From Eledone cirrhosa (lineage: Eukaryota): DNA of 64,000 nucleotides. Shown here one piece after another: positions 60,685 to 64,000 of the stretch. The notes beneath the pieces were generated by a model. It saw only the letters and a program-made list of their open reading frames with translations. It had not been told where the DNA came from and searched no databases. How positions within the stretch are numbered: the first letter of the stretch is position 1; each line of letters begins with the position of its first letter. Position numbers and translations under genes: made by a program. The DNA is taken from positions 1,860,001-1,924,000 of the forward strand of contig OZ024764.1 in NCBI GenBank assembly GCA_964016885.1. The letters are read 5' to 3'.

Positions 60685-60764
60685 AAAAAGGAACGGGAAC
60701 AAAACAGAGAGGCAGTACAAACAAAGGTTTATTAGTTTCACGCTGTTGAGAGTGGGGAGGGGGG

Positions 60765-60821
<57 letters not shown>

Positions 60822-61577
60822 ATACTGTTGGCTTCAGGCTCACAATAATTTCTATACTTTCATTTATATATATATATATATATATACATTCGAAACACGT
60901 GTGTGTAGTGAGAGGGTGTATATATAGTGTATACTTTTGTACTTCTAGCGCCGTTCTTGTTACGACTACGGCTACAGATGTATCGTTATGTATATACAGA
61001 CGTATATACATGTGTATATATATATATATACACATGTATATAGACATCCCCCCCCCCTATCTTTTTGTGTGTATATATATATATATACACATGTATATAG
61101 ACATCCCCCCTATCTTTTTGTGTGTATATATATATATACACATGTATATAGACATCCCCCCCCCTATTTTTTTGTGTGTATATATATATATACACATGTA
61201 TATAGACATCCCCCCCCCCTATCTTTTTGTGTGTATATATATATATACACATGTATATAGACACCCCCCCCTATCTTTTTGTGTGTATATATATTTATAC
61301 ACATGTATATAGACACCCCCCCCATCTTTTTGTGTGTATATATATATATATATATGTTGTGTGTATGTGTAAATCTCCGTCTGTATATGCATGTATATAT
61401 ATATGTGTGTGTGTGTTAGAGATTTGGTGCCCGACGGCTGAGCTCTTTGCTATTTCGACAGCAAGTTCTAATTTAATCTCTATGTATATATATATACACA
61501 CACACACACATATATATATATATACACACACACATACATATATATATACACACACACATACATATAAATATACACTC

Positions 61578-61638
<61 letters not shown>

Positions 61639-61866
61639 CAAACACACACATATATACACACACACACACATATATACATACACACACAAACACACACACA
61701 CACACATATATACACACACACACATGTGTATATCCCCAGATAAGCTCCAATGTCCAGGTGGCAATTCACAAGATTTATTATCATGTAACTACACAGTTAC
61801 TGTTACTTCAATGGCTAGTTCTCTGGTCTTTCTGTCTCTTTATCTACTTAGCTATCTCTGTAGAGA

Positions 61867-61903
<37 letters not shown>

Positions 61904-61905
<2 letters not shown>

Positions 61906-62459
61906 TCAGATGGTGGATGGGTGCTACACGAGAATGCTGAGGATGGCTCTGAACATTAATCAGTATACACTGGGGATGAAAAACTCAGAGCTGTATGGGA
62001 GCCTCCCAAAAGTCAGCTCAAAAGTGACACAGAGGAGACTGAGGTTGGCTGGACATGCTCACCGACATCCAGAGTTGACATTGCACTCAGTGCTCCTGTG
62101 GGAGCCCCTACATGGACACACTGGAAGAGGGAGACAGAGGTTAGCTGGACATGCTCACCGACATCCAGAGTTGACATTGCACTCAGTGCTCCTGTAGGAG
62201 CCCCTACATGGACACACTGGAAGAGGGAGACAGAGGTTAGCTGGACATGCTCACCGACATCCAGAGTTGACATTGCACTCAGTGCTCCTGTGGGAGCCCC
62301 TACATGGACACACTAGAAGAGGAAGACCAAGGTTAACATATGTTGATGCCCTAAGGACAGACACTGGTCTGTTGGAGATGCAGGATATGGCAGCGATAAT
62401 GAGGGACAGAGACCGCTGGAGAGAACTCGTCCATGGATCTCGGGAATTTTACCCGCCTT

Positions 62460-62463
<4 letters not shown>
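61904..62463 (+). mobile_element. RTE-like LINE 3' fragment with 96-bp triplication
   Basis: gaggtt(g/a)gctggacatg at 62041, 62137, 62233. Confidence 0.85.
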
Positions 62464-62538
<75 letters not shown>

Positions 62539-62878
62539 TAAAGTTAGTCCTTCATCAGTGATCTTCCAACCTTCATTGGTATTTCATCGCTTTAAAGACC
62601 ATATAGCTCCGGTTGGTGCGAGCAACGGCTAATGAAAGTCGTTGGGACACGTAAATAAGGGGAACGAGCGAGACTGTAAACAAACAAAGATGGTAAAGCA
62701 ACGAAAAGTGAGGAAGAAAGAGTCAAGTCCCAGATTCCCATGAATATAAGTTCGGTGAAATCGTGAAATAGAGAGAATAAAGACCATCAAACCTAGTCGA
62801 AATGTGAGCAAAGAAGGAATTCCGCACAGGTCAAACGGGTTATTCATATGTAACCCATTTGCAACCACGCAGCACGTT

Positions 62879-62954
<76 letters not shown>

Positions 62955-63206
62955 AATATGGGGAGAAGAATACTGCATGGTTGCACATGGATAACATGTT
63001 ATAAAATGAGTCCCTCATCAGTGATTTGCCAACGATCATTGGTATTTCATCGCATTAAAAATCATATACCTCACGTTGGTGCGATAATAACTAAAATAAG
63101 TTATTAGGACAATTGAAACGCGTAAAGCGAGTGAGACAAGTAAATAACACAGGGGGAAGCTAACCGAAGATAGAAAGAAACACAAGCAACATAGTTATTC
63201 TGTCAG

Positions 63207-63261
<55 letters not shown>

Positions 63262-63371
63262 AACCAGTAAGACCCCGACAGCTGAGCTCAAGCCGTTTCG
63301 ACGGCTAATTCTGGACTATTGAGTACTTTGGTGCGTTATGGTCCACCTGGTTCCTTACCACATTTCCTTCG

Positions 63372-63419
<48 letters not shown>

Positions 63420-63421
<2 letters not shown>

Positions 63422-63900
63422 AAACGGAGCTAAACCTCATTCTGAAGTGAGCTTTGGCCTGGGCGAATATCCCCTCGGTCTTGGAACCATCTGGGTTGTC
63501 CAGAAGTGACGGCAAAAGACCTGACGGCCTTACCCTGGTGGAGAGGCATGTGCTATGTCTGGGACGTCCCTGTTAGTGACTCCTTTGCTCTTTCCCACAT
63601 CCTTGATGCTGCGGTAAGGACGAGAGCCACAGCTTCGGCAGCCGAGCGGAGTAAGACCCTCAAATACTCTGATCTGTCGGCCAGCTACATTTTTCAGCCT
63701 GTGGCTTTCGAGACGTTTGGGGGAGTCTGGCGGCTCCCCTAATAGAGGTAACTGGCGAGGGCGCTTGGTTGTTCCAGCACCTCAGCCTCGCCATCACCCG
63801 AGGTAACACTGCTAGTGTGCTGGCTTGTCTCAGAAATCATTAGAGAGGTTGCCCAGTACCCCTCGTTGCTGTCTTTTGCTCTGGTGTTGGCTCCGTTGCC
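63420..63900 (+). mobile_element. CRE-like non-LTR retrotransposon 3' end (restriction-like endonuclease domain)
   Basis: DGKRPDG(frameshift)..PW..G....WDV.V.D..A.S....A..AERSKTLKY......FQPVAFETFG. Confidence 0.75.
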
Positions 63901-64000
63901 CCCCCTTCCTTTATATTTTCTTTAATATTGTAACATTGAAGGAATATATCTTTCATTGTATCATCCTTTATAGTGTTACCGAGGCATTTGTTATGTTATT

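Overview
Eukaryotic, extremely repeat-rich DNA; the SINE/LINE/MITE repertoire and (TA)n/(CA)n/(ATC)n density resemble an octopod cephalopod genome (inference). No convincing protein-coding gene is present: almost all long ORFs are microsatellite translations, and the rest are truncated non-LTR retrotransposons (RTE, CR1, L1/Tx1, CRE). The most striking signal is about 16 intact-core plus about 10 degenerate or partial type I hammerhead ribozyme motifs (helix I-CUGANGA-helix II-GAAA-helix III-UH-helix I) from many unrelated families. They sit in short, often fold-back (inverted) cassettes inserted into (TA)n, typical of Penelope-like element termini; most have self-complementary mini helix III sequences, and inversion breakpoints recur inside the ribozyme. 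Also seen: at least eight 48-106 bp minisatellites amplified from internal segments of LINEs, SINEs and MITEs; two Helitron-like elements; stacked Tx1 3' ends on (ATCT)n; and a branch-point/AG|GTAAG recursive-splice or microexon candidate on the minus strand at about 49.25 kb, suggesting the window may lie in a very large intron. All motif calls were made by eye.
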